Assembly: GCF_037042905.1 (NCBI RefSeq)
Contig: NC_087252.1
Span: 12,028,001 to 12,092,000, forward strand
Direction of reading: 5' to 3'
Length of the DNA stretch: 64,000 nt
From: Lytechinus pictus
Lineage: Eukaryota
The translations under genes and the position numbers were made by a program. The notes under the pieces were generated by a model that searched no databases, was not told where the DNA came from, and saw only the letters and a program-made list of their open reading frames with translations. Of the stretch, positions 24,471 to 39,220 are shown one piece after another; the first letter of the stretch is position 1; each line of letters starts with the position of its first letter.

Positions 24471-27444
24471 TCAGGAGATGTATCCAGGTTGGCAAGCAAC
24501 GAAGAGAGCCGAAGATGTCGTCTGCATTTGTTGGATGACCAGCAGAGAAGGTAGATCTGGTGTAGCTTTGAAAAAGCCGAGGAAAAAAAGCAAAAAATAT
24601 ATAATTACCTCAATACCTGAATGCTATTCTTTTGTGATTGTTGCTATTTGTATAAGTTTATTTTTTTGGTTTACATGTATACTTGCTATATAATTTCTTA
24701 AAAATTAAAAATGACGAAATATCACCAACTGTTGTTGTTGTTTCTGGTTTATACTGCGCATATCTTTAATCTGTAAATATTGTTGCCATTGACACGACTG
24801 ATATTAGTCTTTGAAAGCAGGCGTGATTCATTTTCAAATGTATAGACGAACGCGAAGCACATTTGAACTTACTGACAATGGAAGTGTTGAAGACCGCAAT
24901 GCCCTCACCGTATCTTGAATTGGCAGTGCAGCGGTAAATACATGGATATTCAGGACGAGGGACTTGAATTGCAAGTTCTGATGAGGTAATGGTTTCTCGT
25001 TCTGATGAATTTTCAGGAAGGGAGATGCTAACAGTGTCGTTTGAAATCAGGGTTTCGTTACAGAGCCATTCAAAATAAATGACGGGAGGATTTGCATCAG
25101 CTCTACATTTTAAAACGAATCTAGCATATCCGCTTGGTTCTATCGTTGGAAGTCTTCGAAAAGTATTAGACACAATGGGATGATCTAAAAGGAAAATAAA
25201 CGATGACACTTGGAAATTAATTAGAACTGATATAAAGACAGGGTGATGAAAAAGTTTAGACTGGGGTTAAAGAGCGAATTCATTTACAAAGGTTACTTGG
25301 AACAGCACTTATTAATTGTCACTGACCCTTAGTAAGGGAGCTAAGCTGTTGGCTCAGTTAATAGTGCCTGCCGGGCCAACGTTCAAGTGGGCATAATGAA
25401 ATTTCTGAGGATCTGTTGCGAACAATGAAAAAGGTATTTTCATGTAAAGAATAATCCGACACATGTCAACAGCATGTCCATCATGTCGTAGTCTCTACTA
25501 TTATAAAACTTATATTGCACTTACACGATATGGTCAAAATCGTACTGTCGTTCACTAAACGAGGAGAGGGTATGTCAGGTTGAACTGCCACGCAGATAAG
25601 ACACTTCCCATGATCGGTTCTGTTGGGTTTAAAGAAAAGTGTGCTCTCAGCATCATACAGATCAGCTGTGTTTTTACTTATCCGCAGGGAGGAGTTGTCA
25701 GTCACGTTCGTTGATCCTAAGTACCAGTGAATGAGGGGGGCCGGGTTTCCATTAAGACCTCTGCATGTGACGTTGGTCTCTTCTCCTTCAAAGATATCAT
25801 CATCTGGGAAAGTTATTGTGATATCATCTGGTGGTCCTTCAAAGAAACATAAAATCTACGATTATCATAGTTAAAGTGAAACTGAAATATTAGATATGGC
25901 ATAAAGTGGAACTCGCCAAAAGTAACTCGATCACATTTGTATTATCAGTTGACGTCAAATCAGCAATAACGAGACGTCAAGTCACTTATTCAAATTGAAC
26001 CCTACAAATTACCCCTTAAAAAACACCAGCAGGTTAGTTGCAATTCCGTCCATTTTGTAGTTACAATAGATAATTCCTACTCAGTAAGCATGATAATTTA
26101 TCATATAGCTTCTACAAGCAGAAAAAAAAAATCGTTTCTCGATAAAGCGTTTAAGAAATAAAAACTCACCAAGAACAACCAGTCTAACCTGCCAGAACTA
26201 AGTCGCCTTCTATAGATGAGTAGCATACGATGTGCATTCCATGGTTCTTTTTATCAGGGTGTATGGTTATGGTACTTTCAGTGTCAAACAAAGTTCCGTC
26301 TAAAACACTGCGAGTCGTTGAAAGGTTTGCGGGAATTTGAGTACCATCACCATCGCCAAATAACCAAAATGTTAGTTCAGTCGCTGGGAATGATCCGATA
26401 CTTTTGCATGTGATTGAAGTCAGTGAATCTTCTTGTACGTTAAGTACGGTTGAATGGGACTGGTTTCCTCCAGTTCGAAAGAGCAGCACATCCCTTGGCA
26501 GAACTTAAAAAAATAAGAAAAGAAAAATAAAATAGTAAAAAACAAAAATAAATTTAAATGGATGAAAAGGGTAAACTATTATTCCATGCGCTAACGAATG
26601 CCAATTCACTACATGGAAAGGTGTTTTCTTTGGATAAATCTCTCTTAACTAACTGATATCCCATATGCAATATAGAGAGCAGTATTTTTTTTTGGAAATA
26701 CATACCCTCAACATTGAGATGAACTGAGCATAGACGTTCATTTTGTAGTTCTGGGTGTGACGTGATGCAGCTAAGAATCTTCCCGTGGTCTTTCCTGGAG
26801 GGTGTGATTGTCATGGCTTTCTGGGAGATGTAAGATCCGTCTTGAATAACGTTAGACTGATCCTGGTGAACAACAGCCACATCATCAGGTATACGCCATT
26901 CCAGTAGTGCAGGAGGCATTGCTCCATATGCTTCACATGTGATGTTGTGTTGATCTCCAGCTATTACAGTCACTGAAAGGTTATTAAAGCAGTAGCGAAT
27001 CCCCGTGTCATCAATAATAACGATCACATTTGGTGGATCTGGTGATAGAAGTAATGAATACACTGATTTTTTTATTGAATGCCTTTGTACTTTTAATTTT
27101 AATAATGTAAGAATAAAATCTTTTAGTTAGATTTTTTTTCATAATAACACAGGCCCTACGTAGAGCCAAACAACGTTCTACGTTCTCAAAACATAATGGT
27201 TTACAAGGATTAAACATTGTAGTGGTATATATCAGCCACCCTTAAGTTTACAAGCGAATGACATTTACAGCTACTTGGATATTGTTTTTAATTTTCATTT
27301 TAATGCTGAACCTGGCTAGAATAGAATCTTTCAGTTAAAAATCGCTATAACGCACATGTATACCTAACGTAGACCCACACCATGTTTGACCAGCTCAAAA
27401 CATTATGCTTTACTAGGGTTGAGCATTTTAGTGGTGGTCGGTTT

Positions 27445-27494
<50 letters not shown>

Positions 27495-28680
27495 CATATT
27501 TATATCAGCCACCGTTCGATAGCAACTGTTAAGTTTACAAAGGGATTGCATTTACGGCTCATTTGGATACTTTGTCATTTCTATTTTTCTGTTGTACCTC
27601 GTTAGGATATATATATTTTTTTTTATAAGGTAGGCCTAACGTAGAACCAATTCATGCTTAACAAAACATAATGCTTCACAAGGATTGCACATTTTAATGG
27701 GGTCGTTTATGATACATGTATATGAGCCACCCTACGATATCAATTTAAGTTTGGAAACAAATTGATACTTTGTAAAATGTTGTCAGGTTATATTATATTT
27801 AGTTTCGCTAGATAAATATATTATAAAGTATGGTTTTCATGTCAATTCGAATGGATAGCTCCGCATTTTTGTCTCAAAATCTATTGCTCATGCCGCTATC
27901 CGTTATCATTTCGGGTGAGATTTTTTACTTGTTAGATATTCCATGAAAACATCTGCTAATAAGCAGATAGGTAAAGAAAAAAGTCTGTCAAACGTAATAT
28001 AAGACAATACAATTGCATAAATCAGCTTTCAATACTTCTTTTTGCGGCGATCAATGTAAAGGCGACCAGTTTGAAAGAAAATACTAGTATTTTGTCCGTA
28101 ATGGTAATAATGAGGGTTTTCCGTGTAGTTTATTTACTTTAATAGAACAATATTGTATGGTTTTGCTGTTTGTTTCTAGGGAAAATAAATACTATACTAT
28201 ACTTTATCAAGGGCCTCTTTTAGCAATATGATAGTATCAATATGGACCATATACATACAAAAAATATACAAAATGAATAAAAATAAGTTTATATACTGCC
28301 ATTTTTGTTAATTAATATATTTTAATGATAATCATAAAGAGTGTCCGAGCCAAAATTTATGAACTTTTGGAGCTATATTAAAAAATTTACCGCGAAATTG
28401 GGATTTTATGCATTAATCAGTATTATTAGTTAGTTAAAAATATATTTAAATAATTGGTAAAACTGAATACAAACAAGCTTAAATACTGGTAGTCATATTT
28501 CAAGTGTGACAGGCAGCACATCAACAAATTCGTATTGCTCACATAATCCTTTTACTTTTTAGCATCTTAATTCGCTACGATAAACTTACCTCCATAATGC
28601 AAATATAATAAAAACTTACTGCTTTGTGAGATGATTACGCCCAGGGATAAAATAAAAGTTGCTTGAATCGAGATGGCCAT
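24471..28680 (-). CDS. Variable cassette 1: signal peptide, 4 Ig exons, FN3 stub (Ig2 frameshifted near its 3' end)
   Basis: Leader 28620-28680 (MAISIQATFILSLGVIISQS); Ig1 26706-27038; Ig2 26170-26503 (334 nt, frameshift); Ig3 25525-25836; Ig4 24873-25184; stub 24471-24565 ending ALFVACQPGYIS*. Confidence 0.8.
27445..27492. repeat. (TA)n microsatellite within a ~270 bp two-copy duplication (~27220-27750)
   Basis: TA run; atatcagccacc..taagtttacaa..catttac.gct recurs at ~27228 and ~27502. Confidence 0.6.
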
Positions 28681-28936
28681 CGCCGTCCAGTAATTAAACA
28701 TATAAAAATGCCATGAAGTCGTATACTCACTTCAAACTGTGGTCAATCATGAATGCATGTAGACTATGGAAAATGATCTAATAAGACATACACCATTTCG
28801 AAAAGCCACCAATGGCACTTTGTTGTATTATGTCCTTCTTTGATACAAGGATTCGGTTTCACACACTTCAAACATCCATCAACATGACAGGTAGGCCTAA
28901 TGTGATCATGTTAATGTTTTGAATCTATTTTATGGA

Positions 28937-28955
28937 TAAAGTGGGCGCTCTTTCA
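28937..28955 (-). promoter_or_regulatory. Conserved cassette upstream element (cassette 1 variant)
   Basis: TAAAGTGGGCGCTCTTTCA ~260 bp upstream of the ATG at 28680. Confidence 0.6.
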
Positions 28956-29571
28956 GCAGAAAATGTGATTAACGTAAGGGTGGAAAAGTATTATAAGCAT
29001 ATTGAAACTTTCGATGTAATTGCACAACTTATGTATACTAGAATTCCAACAAATCTTTTTTTTTGCCATCATGGTTTTTGAAATAATATTTTAATGTTCA
29101 AACAATGATTTAAGACTGCAAAATGCATTTTTCAAAACGAAGTGGGAATGAAACTTCATAGCCCTAAGTTTATTTCACGCCATGCCACATTGATTTAGCC
29201 AATACTGGTGCAGTAGATATCGGATCGCTCAAAGTAACAAAATGAGTCATCAACCATATAGTTTTGGCGTTCCCCATATATTTCGGGGGGAACCAAACAA
29301 AAATTGTAAAAGATTTTGAAGTTTGGAATAGTACCCTTTTTCGCATTCATGGTATTATTTTTCTTTCATTATTTATCTTTTCATTATTATTAACGGGCAG
29401 TCATTTTTTGTTCAGTTCAAGTCAATTCATTCTAAATGGGCAGCCCGATACCTTTAGCTCACAAACACACGTACCCTAGCGCGCATTCACACACACACCC
29501 CCCCCCCCCACACACACACACAAGAGACACTCTGTACGTCAGTGGTCGCTTGGATACATAGCAATATTATA

Positions 29572-29736
29572 CAGATATTGACTGATGGGGTTTGTAATAT
29601 AAACATTCTTTAGACCGCCGGATTTATATTTTCCCGAAGTGCGCAGCGCTGAGGGAAAATATGATCACGAGGGAAAATATTATTTTATTAGGCGGTTCAA
29701 ATATTTTTTTTTACACACCCCATCAGTCAATATCTG
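29572..29736. repeat. Long inverted repeat, probably the end of a transposon extending to ~30860
   Basis: cagatattgactgatggggtttgtaa / ttacacaccccatcagtcaatatctg, with inner accgcc/ggcggt and atattttccc/gggaaaatat arms. Confidence 0.7.
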
Positions 29737-31089
29737 ATAGCCTTGAATGATGAAGATAGATCTAACGTTAAATCTAAGCTAAAAAAAAGTTAGGTCTACG
29801 ATGCGTCCAGTAGATCAGTTGTGTATGATATTCACAGTGGCTGATGGAACTGGTAGAATTAATATTAGTCTAACGCATTGAATGCCCATTTTCTAATAAA
29901 AATTAAGTTTGTTTAGGCCTAACTTGTTAGATCTAATTTTAGAGTCCAGTCCAGGTCCAGGACCCAAGGGCAAGGCAGATCGCGAATGCATGTTGAGCCA
30001 TGATCAGGTGCAGATTCTGATCTAATTGGGGATGAGATAAACATGCCTAAGCTAGATCTAACGTTAGAACTAAATTATGTCAGACTACTGTTCGAGGTGG
30101 TCCTGATCTTTTTGTTGTCGAACCAGGTCCAGGACCAAATCTAAGTAATGTTTTGCTAACACTGACTTTAATATGTTGTCGTTAGCAAGATTTTACGCTA
30201 CATTTTTCTAACTTTTAGACTTTAGCCAAGATCTATATTTAACACGTTAAAAAGTTAGACCTAAATAGATCTTGGCCTAGGCCTAAATCTAGATCAACTT
30301 ACTCATTTTTATCGTCCAGAAGCTGATCTTATTCCTCATTGCTCATCAGACATCACCACAAATCTTTGACGTTAGACCAAATCCAAAACAAAAAATTTTA
30401 CAAGTAAGCTAAGCTTCACACTCCTTCAATCTCTATCTGGTAAACTTACTGTTAATTCTTTGGCTCCACTCACCAATACATATCCATAAATTGTTAAATA
30501 AATCCCCAAAATTTCAGAAATGACGGTTATTCCTATCTACACAAATAACTGATAGGGCATAACGTTTGATCCAACTCGTAGTAGACTCCTTGTCGTCGTC
30601 GGACTCGCTTAAATTCCGCGGTCCTGTACGTTCGAAGAGTGTTGATCGATTGCAAACGATCGCTACTTTAGTCCCACATATGTTATTTCCGTGTAAGTGA
30701 TAACATCTAATCCACAAGAGGGCGCCATACACGTAGAAAAATATATTCATGGAATGGCTGGTCAATATATTCATCGAAGATGGATCGGCTGGGAAATACA
30801 TTGATTTCGATCATATCACGTGACTCGCTTTGGATCAATCGCGCTTGGCTATCTAATATATCATTTTATATCACATAATACAAAATAGACATCAATTCAA
30901 AGAATTTTATTCTAAATATTAAATAGCTAAGCCACCAAATACATCTGAAAAAAAAATCACATTTCCGTGTGTTTATGCTGTACAAAGAAGTAAAGGATAC
31001 GATGATCTTCAATGAAGTTAGACATTGTAATGATTTAATATTAGTTCATCGTATTGTTAAATTCTGAATTATTTATTTTGGTCTTATTT

Positions 31090-34000
31090 CTAGATGATGA
31101 ATCGTGGTTGCCAGGCAACGGAAAGAGATGAAGATTTCGTCTGGTTTTGGTGAATGGTGAACCCAGAAGGTGGATGCGAGATGAAATCTAAAAAATATGA
31201 TGTAAACTGCAAAAATAAACTTAAGACGAAATGTTTATAAGTATCACTAAAATGTTAAAAATCAACACTTTACCATTTTTTGTGATGAGGCATTATTGAA
31301 AGGATAACGTGAATATATAATTTTAAAGCAAATTTTTTTAACTTCTTTACTCATTTTTATTCAGTTTAAAATGAAACATATCAAATTTAATTATTTTACA
31401 TGGGGTAGGAGTCACTAAAAGCCGCAGGCCTAGGCCTAAAAAGGATGATTCTTCTTGAAATGTATAAGAATATCAAAACAACATCAATTATGTAATAAAA
31501 AAGGTACACAACGTATATTGATCACATCACTTTATTTGTTATTTGATTATGAGAAAAAAAGAGATAACTGTAAGCTTACACAAATAAAGGGAATTCAATA
31601 CTGCACTTCCCGAGCCGTATTCTGATACAGCGGTGCAGTTGTAAACATAATGATACATGATGAGTGGGTTTTGAATCGCAAGTACGCTGGACCTTAGCGT
31701 TGCATCTTCATATAGAGTCTCGGTGAGATTGTAGTAATTGGGGTCGTTGGACACTACAGTTTCGTTGCAAAGCCAAACGAAGGTAATGGCAGGAGGATTG
31801 GCGTCCGCTTCACATATCAACACGAGCTCAGTAGTCCCACTTGCTTTGTTTGATGTAAGATGTCGAGCAGTGATTGACACAGCAGGATGATCTACATCAC
31901 AGAGACAAAATACCAAATAAAAAATAAATTAATATTGAATGGGAGAAGCATAAAGATAGGACAGCAATAGATAATGGAAAGACATTTATTTCGAAAGACG
32001 CAAAACAGAAAACAAACATTGTCATATTATCTTGTAAATAGAAGATGGTAGAGCCATTGTGGTCATAAATTGTCTCACGCGACTTTTATTCAGCATGTTC
32101 AGTCTGTTGTGAATTATGTAAAAACAAAAATCATAGAAACTCAAATTTTCTTTAAATTATTTTAAACACCTTCTACCAAACATTAAAAAAAGAAAACAAA
32201 ATAGCCAACGAGAAAAACATGTAGACAGACGAGATAAGTTGGAATTTTAAAAGTTTCCCCATCTCCCCAACCTGCCAAGGAGTCTTATCAAGTGCATGAC
32301 CGAAATCAGTACTTACATGTTATATTCAGAACCAAGCTTTGATTCACCGAACGAGCTGGGAGTGTTGTAGTTTGAACTGCCAGGCAGAGAAGACTTTTCC
32401 CATGGTCAAACCTCGTCGGTATTAGAGTCAGAGTGCTTTCAGCATCATATCGACCAGCTTTATTTTCACTTATGTTCAAAGATGAATCCGTTGTAAGATT
32501 TCTTGATCCGATGTACCAATGTATATGCGGTGCAGGGTATCCATTAGCAGCTTTGCAGGTTACATTTATTTCTGTGCCGTCATATAAGTCCAGAGGAAAA
32601 TTTATTTTGATGCCTTCTGGTGCGCCTTTGAACAAAACGTTAAAAAATAGTCCTAAATCTTTGTACTTAACTAAATAATGAGATTTTGGTACAAATAGAC
32701 ATTAACATATTTTATAGCTTTTATAAGGGGGAAAACTCTTTGCATACTTAGAAAACGTGAAATGCTCATTATCAGCGATGACGACGTAGCCCTTTTCAGC
32801 TTGGAAACTTGTAAGAAATTAAAAAACAATACACACATATTTACAATATACTTTATCAAGATGATGGTTAACAGTTAACACCTGATACATTATATTGAAC
32901 AACATTTGTATGGATTAAAATGTGGCTTAAGAAATAACCAACCAAAGGGAAGAAAAAAAACTCACCGTAAACGACCACTTTGGCAAACACCCATTCCACT
33001 AGAGATTCTTCAAGTAATGCAAAGCAATTAATGTACTTCCCATGATGTACAATATTTGGATGTATGATTACAGTACCCTCGGTGTCGAACAAAGCATCGT
33101 CTAAAATACTTGTTTTGCTTGAGATATTTGGAATAATTATTTCGGCGAGACCATTGCCACTTTCTAACTGAAAGGTTAGTTCGGTTGCTGGGAATGACCC
33201 AATACTTTTACATGTGATTGAAGTCGGTGAATCATCTTGAACGTAAAAGACTGTCGATTGTGACTGGTTACTTCCAGTTAGAAAGAGGAGCACACTCATA
33301 GGAAGAACTTCAAAGGAAAACATGAAGAGCGAGTCAGGGATAAAGAGAGATAGAGAGGGGGTGAGAAACAAAATGATTATAAAGAATATCTAGCAAATGT
33401 CAAATGTCATGAATGACCTTTTTTAGGGATACATACTGCATGAATATATTTTTCTGTAAACGTATAATGAAAGTAACATGGAAAACTAAAGTATTTAGTA
33501 TTTATATTTAAAAGGAAAGGAATTGATTCGTTTAACAGTAATACTGCTCGAAATTCACAGGTTTATATAAGTAAAACAATTACAAGCTTGGCAACCATAC
33601 ATAGTACCTACCATGAACATTCAGATGAACTGAGCATTGAAGGCTCTTAGATAGTTGTGGATGTGATGCGATGCAGGTGAGGATCTTTCCGTGGTCATTC
33701 CTGGAAAGCGTGATTCTCACAGCCTTCTGAGAGATGTAAAAGCTGTCTTGGATGACATCAGACTGATCCTGATGAACAACTGCCATATCATCAGGTAGAC
33801 ACCATTCCAATACTGCAGGGGGCATTGCTTCATATGCTTCGCATGTGATGTCATGTTGTTGACCAGCTATTACCGTTAGAGAGAGGTTGTTTATAAAGTG
33901 GTTAAAGATGCCCTCTCCATCAGTGATATAGAGCCGATTTGGTGGAGCTTGGGATGAAAATAAAATGCGTCCAATATCAAAGTCAATGTTTTTTTTATTT

Positions 34001-34322
34001 TTTCTAACTCAATTTGCATGGAATGATACACTTCTTAATATAGAATTATTTCAAATAATGCTCTCGTATAATATTCCGTTTCAGTAATTGGTTTTATCAT
34101 CACTAGTATGGCGTATACATTCATTTGGGTATAGTAATTTAGGGGACATATACACTATTCAGACTATTTAAGTCATATAAATCCATACGGTCAGCATTTA
34201 TATGCTTCGAACAAACAACTTTCATGAAGGTTATTAAACAACACATTGTACTTACAGCTTTGTGTGATGAGAATTTCAAGGCAAAGAACAAGAATCATAT
34301 GTTTTGAAATGGACGCCATCAT
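31090..34322 (-). CDS. Variable cassette 2: signal peptide, 4 Ig exons, FN3 stub (intact)
   Basis: Leader 34256-34322 (MMASISKHMILVLCLEILITQS); Ig1 33612-33947; Ig2 32966-33307; Ig3 32317-32625; Ig4 31580-31891; stub 31090-31187 ending VAWQPRFII*; all Ig exons are multiples of 3, phase 1. Confidence 0.88.
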
Positions 34323-34537
34323 TCGGTGAACAATGCGAAGAGGTCCTGTGTGTTTCAACTGACAGTAGATTCTAAACTAAAACAGAGTTTGTGAACACGA
34401 AATTACTACATTTGAAATTTGTAGGAAATTCACAATGGCACTTCCGTGTATTCTCTTACATCATGTGCAAAGATTTGGTTTCGCACACTTAAACACCAAT
34501 CAATATTACAGGTAAAATGTTAAAAGCTTGTTAGATT

Positions 34538-34556
34538 GAAAGCGGGCGCTCTTTCG
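34538..34556 (-). promoter_or_regulatory. Conserved cassette upstream element
   Basis: GAAAGCGGGCGCTCTTTCG ~215 bp upstream of the ATG at 34322. Confidence 0.7.
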
Positions 34557-35675
34557 TCAGTGGGCCTAAGAATGATATGATTATCCTTATGTACAGATAT
34601 AAAGGTGTCAGAATAGTATCCAGTAGATATTCTGGGTTGTTTTACGATTATAGAAATCTATTCAAAGTGAATGCCAATTTAAAGGAGCGTGTTTGTCATT
34701 GAACTCACAGTCAAGCAACCAATAAAAAATAAAATTGTCTAATTATTTTATAACGAATGTAATTATATTTTTTTTAGGACTAAGCTCAAACGCGCTAAAA
34801 GAATGGGGGGGGGGGGGGGCGATGTTCATGGTTAAAGTGTGGAAAGTGACACTCCTATTTTCGTTTCACACTGCTCCGTTTCTTGCAGCTATATTCTTGG
34901 TGAAGTGATAATTTTACTGTGTTCCTATTTTAAATATTCTCTTTTGGTTCTTGGGAAAATTTCAAGGTAAAATTTTATAACTTTGTAGTAAAACAAAGTT
35001 TGATAATGGGTGATGGTTAGTTTCAATGACTACGTGAATAAAGCGAATTTGTAGTCCAACATAGGCTCTTAATGACCTACGTACAGTGCGTTTCATGAAT
35101 TCTGAGTGTACAGTGTAGCTAATAATAGTGTGTGCACACGAGTTACTTTCAACAGAAGGCATAAAACACAGCCAACGGACTATTTCAGAAAACTGGGCAG
35201 ATTAAAGCTAATACGTCTCATAGACGGTTATCAAAATCAGGCTAATGAATTGCTACTTGTGTCTAAATTATAGTGTTTCATCCTATATTGCAGAGTGTTT
35301 CAGCATTTTGGAGAACAAATACAAACACTCATACACATGTTCCTTCTTGGCTTGATATGTATTTCATTTAAACGATCCCTTGATTTTTTTTTTCATCAAG
35401 ATTGTGATGTTGAGAAAAATGATTGAACGAGACCTTTACAATTTTCAGGTACCAACATATACAAAACTGGGGAAGCAGATGGTATTGTCGTTTGTATATG
35501 TTATGGTATATTGTTCAAAGTATTTTTTTTATGAAATAAATAGCCATCGAATGTATCACATCCTCGAGTTTTATACTGTAGAAATACGTGGACGATACGA
35601 TGGCTCATAAATTATAAGCTACTATATAAGAAACTCTATATTTTATTGATTTCATATCATTTGATCTCATTGTCC

Positions 35676-38600
35676 TTACTTTCGGAAAGATGTTTTTGTG
35701 TCGTTTTCGATGATTAAACCTGATTTCCAGGCAACGAAAAGAGATGAAGATTTCATCTGGTTTTGATGGACGATGATCCCAGAAGGTGCATCCGGGATTA
35801 AATCTGTAGAAAAAGAAGAAAATATGATATAAACTTAAAAAAAAAAAAAAAAAAAAAAAAAACATAAAAGTACACGTTTGTAAAAAAATATATATATTAC
35901 TGTTTTTAATATTTTCATGTATTAGTCATTATTGATATGATAACGTGGTAATTATATTTTGAAAGAAAAATTAAAAACGCATTTATGCCTTAAAATGAAA
36001 CCTATTAAATTCAACTATTTTACACTGTGGAGGAGTAAATAAAAGCCAGAGGATTAACACGGGTGATTCTTATTGCATTATTAAAAAAAAACGAACACAA
36101 CATCAATAATATGCAGTAATGTTTCTATCACATCACTTCATTTGTCATTTGATTATAGAAAAGTATAATAACCGTCAACGTACACAAATCAACAGTATTG
36201 AAGATCACACTTCCTGAGCCGTATTCTGATTTGGCGGTACATTTATAGACAAAATTATACTTGGAGAGTGGGTTTTGAATCACAAGTACGCTGGACGTTA
36301 TCGTTGCATCTATAGTCTGAGGTAGTGCTTTGTTATTGGAGTCGTTGGACACCACAGTTTCGTTGCATAGCCATTCGAAGGTATTGACAGGAGGATTGGC
36401 GTCCGCTTCACATATCAACGCGAGCTCAGTAGTCCCACTTGCTTTGTTTGATGTAAGATGTCGAGCAGTAATTGACACAACGGGATGATCTACACCACAG
36501 AGACAAAAATATTCGCTAGAAGTTAGATTAAAATTGGAGATGTGTGGAGTGTGATTTTGGTTCATGTGTTTGTCTCGTCATTATCTTAATCAGTTTGTTG
36601 TGAATGTAAAATGAAATCCAAGAGGCTTAAGCTTTACAATGTCTACTAATCATGTAGCATACAAGCAGGAGAACAAATTAGCAAACGAGGCAACGATGAA
36701 ATTATGGAGGCAGACAAGATTATTTGTATTTCAAAATGGTTCCCTATCTACATGCTATATCTAATCAGTAATCTTATCAAATATATTACGGAAATCAGTA
36801 CTCACACTTTATATTCAGAACTAAGCTTTGATTCACCGAACGACCTGGGAGTGTCGTAGGTTGAACTGCCAGGCAGAGAAGACGTTCCCCGTGGTCAAAA
36901 CTGGTTGGTATTAGAGTTAGCGTGCTTTCAGCATCATATCGAACAGCTTTATTTTCACTTATGTTTAAGGATGACTCCTCTGTAAGATTTCTTGATCCGA
37001 TATACCAATGGATATGCGGTGCTGGGTATCCATTAACAGCTTTGCAGGTTACATTTATTTCTATGCCATCGTACAGGTCCATAGGGGAAGTAATTTTGAT
37101 GCCTTCTGGTGGGCCTTTGTACGAAACGTAAAAAGAATAGTAATATATAGATCAATTCCGTAAACTGAATAATATGTGTCAAAAATAGCCCACATAACGT
37201 ATTCTTTTGTTTGTAGCAGGGAGGAACACGTCCTACATCCTTAGATTGTGTTAAATCCTCAATATCAGCGATGACGACGTGGCCCTTTTCAGCTTGGAAT
37301 ATTGTAAATAATAAAAAACAACAAAACTATTTAGAATATACATATCATATAAATGGATGCATTCAACATCACATAACACCTAACATGGCAAGAGATCGAA
37401 CAATATTTGCATGAGTTACAGATGAAGTTTAAAAAACTACAAATCAAAAAAGGAGGAAAAAGAACTCACCGTAAACAATCACTTTGACGAACATAAATCC
37501 AACTATGTGTTTTTCAAGTGATGCGTAGCAATAAATGTACTTCCCATGACGCTCAATATTTGGGTGAATGGTTATGGTACCCTCGGTGTCGAACAACTTA
37601 TCGTCTAAAACACTCCTTTTGCTTGAGATATTTGCGCGAAGGGGGATATTGTCAGCTCGACCAGTACCCCCTACTAACTGAAATGATAGTTCGGTCGCTG
37701 GGAATGACCCGATAATTTTACAAGTGATTGAAGTCGGTGTATCTTCTTGAACGTTAAGGACTCTGGAATGGGACTGGTTTCCTCCAATTCGAAAGAGCAG
37801 CATATCCCTTGGCAGAACTTAAAATTAAAACAAAAGGAAACATTTTGAGTGAGAGAGATGGAGAACTAAGGAGGGGGGGGGGGGTATTATGAATGGTATC
37901 AAATTTACACTTTGGTAAAATGAAATTGAGGAGACTGAAGAGATATGTTTTATTACATACTAGATATATTTTCTTGTCAATTCTGCCGACATGAAAGTTG
38001 GGGTTGCCACGCAGTCAATCTTAGCTTAGCTTGCCAATTATACGTATATCATTTATGTATTTTCTTTTTTAATGTGTTCATGAAAAAGTGTTGCAGAAAC
38101 CAATGAATGAATGATTGAAATGCACAGATAGCGTAAATCCATCTGCGAAGGAATAACATTGCTTTAAAATTGTGTAAATGTTGAATATTACAGTGGCGGC
38201 AATAAAAGGCTCGCTAAAGACTGACACTGACATTTTGAGACAGAAATGACCAGTTTGACATACACACCATGAACATTGAGATGAACTGAGCGTAGACGTT
38301 CATTTTGTAGTTGTGGATGTGATGCAATGCAGCTAAGAATCTTTCCGTGGTCTTTCCTAGAGGGTGTGATTGTCACAGCTTTACGAGAGATATAAGATCC
38401 GTCTTCAATAACATCAGACTGATCCTGATGAACAACAGCCATATCATCTGGTACATGCCATTCCAATGCTGAAGGAGGATTTGCTCCGTATGCTTCACAT
38501 GTGATATCATGTTGTCTGCCAGCTTTTACCGTTACAGAGAGGTTGTTAAAGTAATAACGTACCCCCTTTCCATCAATGATGTAGATCTGAGTGGGTGGAG

Positions 38601-38974
38601 CTTTATCGATAAAAAATAATATTATTAAGTTGTAAAGTCAACTTACTACATTTTTAATTATTATTATTTTTTTTTTTACTTTAATTGTTTCCATGTATAC
38701 CTTGAAGTATAATCATCAAGATATTCTTTCTAAATACTATAATTTCGTTTAATAGATTATAGGTTACCTGTAGGCCCTACAAATTTCGATAAGTAATAAT
38801 CGTACAATTTATTCATTCCAATTCATACGATCAGTATCTATTTTCTACGTAAAACTTGCTCTCATCATGCTTTGATAAATCAAATGCGACATAGGTGTAC
38901 TAGTACCTACCGCTTTGTGAGATGATAACACCAAGGAAAAGTACGAGAACTGCTTGTGTAGAAATGGACATCAT
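35676..38974 (-). CDS. Variable cassette 3: signal peptide, 4 Ig exons, FN3 stub (intact)
   Basis: Leader 38911-38974 (MMSISTQAVLVLFLGVIISQS); Ig1 38268-38600; Ig2 37470-37817; Ig3 36806-37114; Ig4 36184-36489; stub 35676-35803 ending VAWKSGLIIENDTKTSFRK*. Confidence 0.88.
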
Positions 38975-39201
38975 AATTAAGCGACAATATACAGCAATGC
39001 TACGAGATCCTACATGTTTCAACCGACAGTCAGCTCTGAACGGAAAGAAAGTATAAGAACACGAAGTTATGAGCTATATGAAATGTGATGGAGAATTAAC
39101 ATCAGCACTTCTTTGTATTCCTTCCTTCTCACATGGTTTCGATTTCGCATATAAAGACACCCGTCAACATAAAGGTAATTATGTTAAAGCTCGTTATGAT
39201 G

Positions 39202-39220
39202 GAAAGCGGGCGCTCTTTCG
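39202..39220 (-). promoter_or_regulatory. Conserved cassette upstream element
   Basis: GAAAGCGGGCGCTCTTTCG ~230 bp upstream of the ATG at 38974. Confidence 0.7.

Noticed and set aside
35670-35690. AA|GTAAGG after stubs 3, 4 and 6 as a donor making the stub an internal exon
   Set aside because: Phase 2 in stub 3 and preceded by a stop in stubs 4 and 6, so it is not compatible with the phase-1 constant exons.
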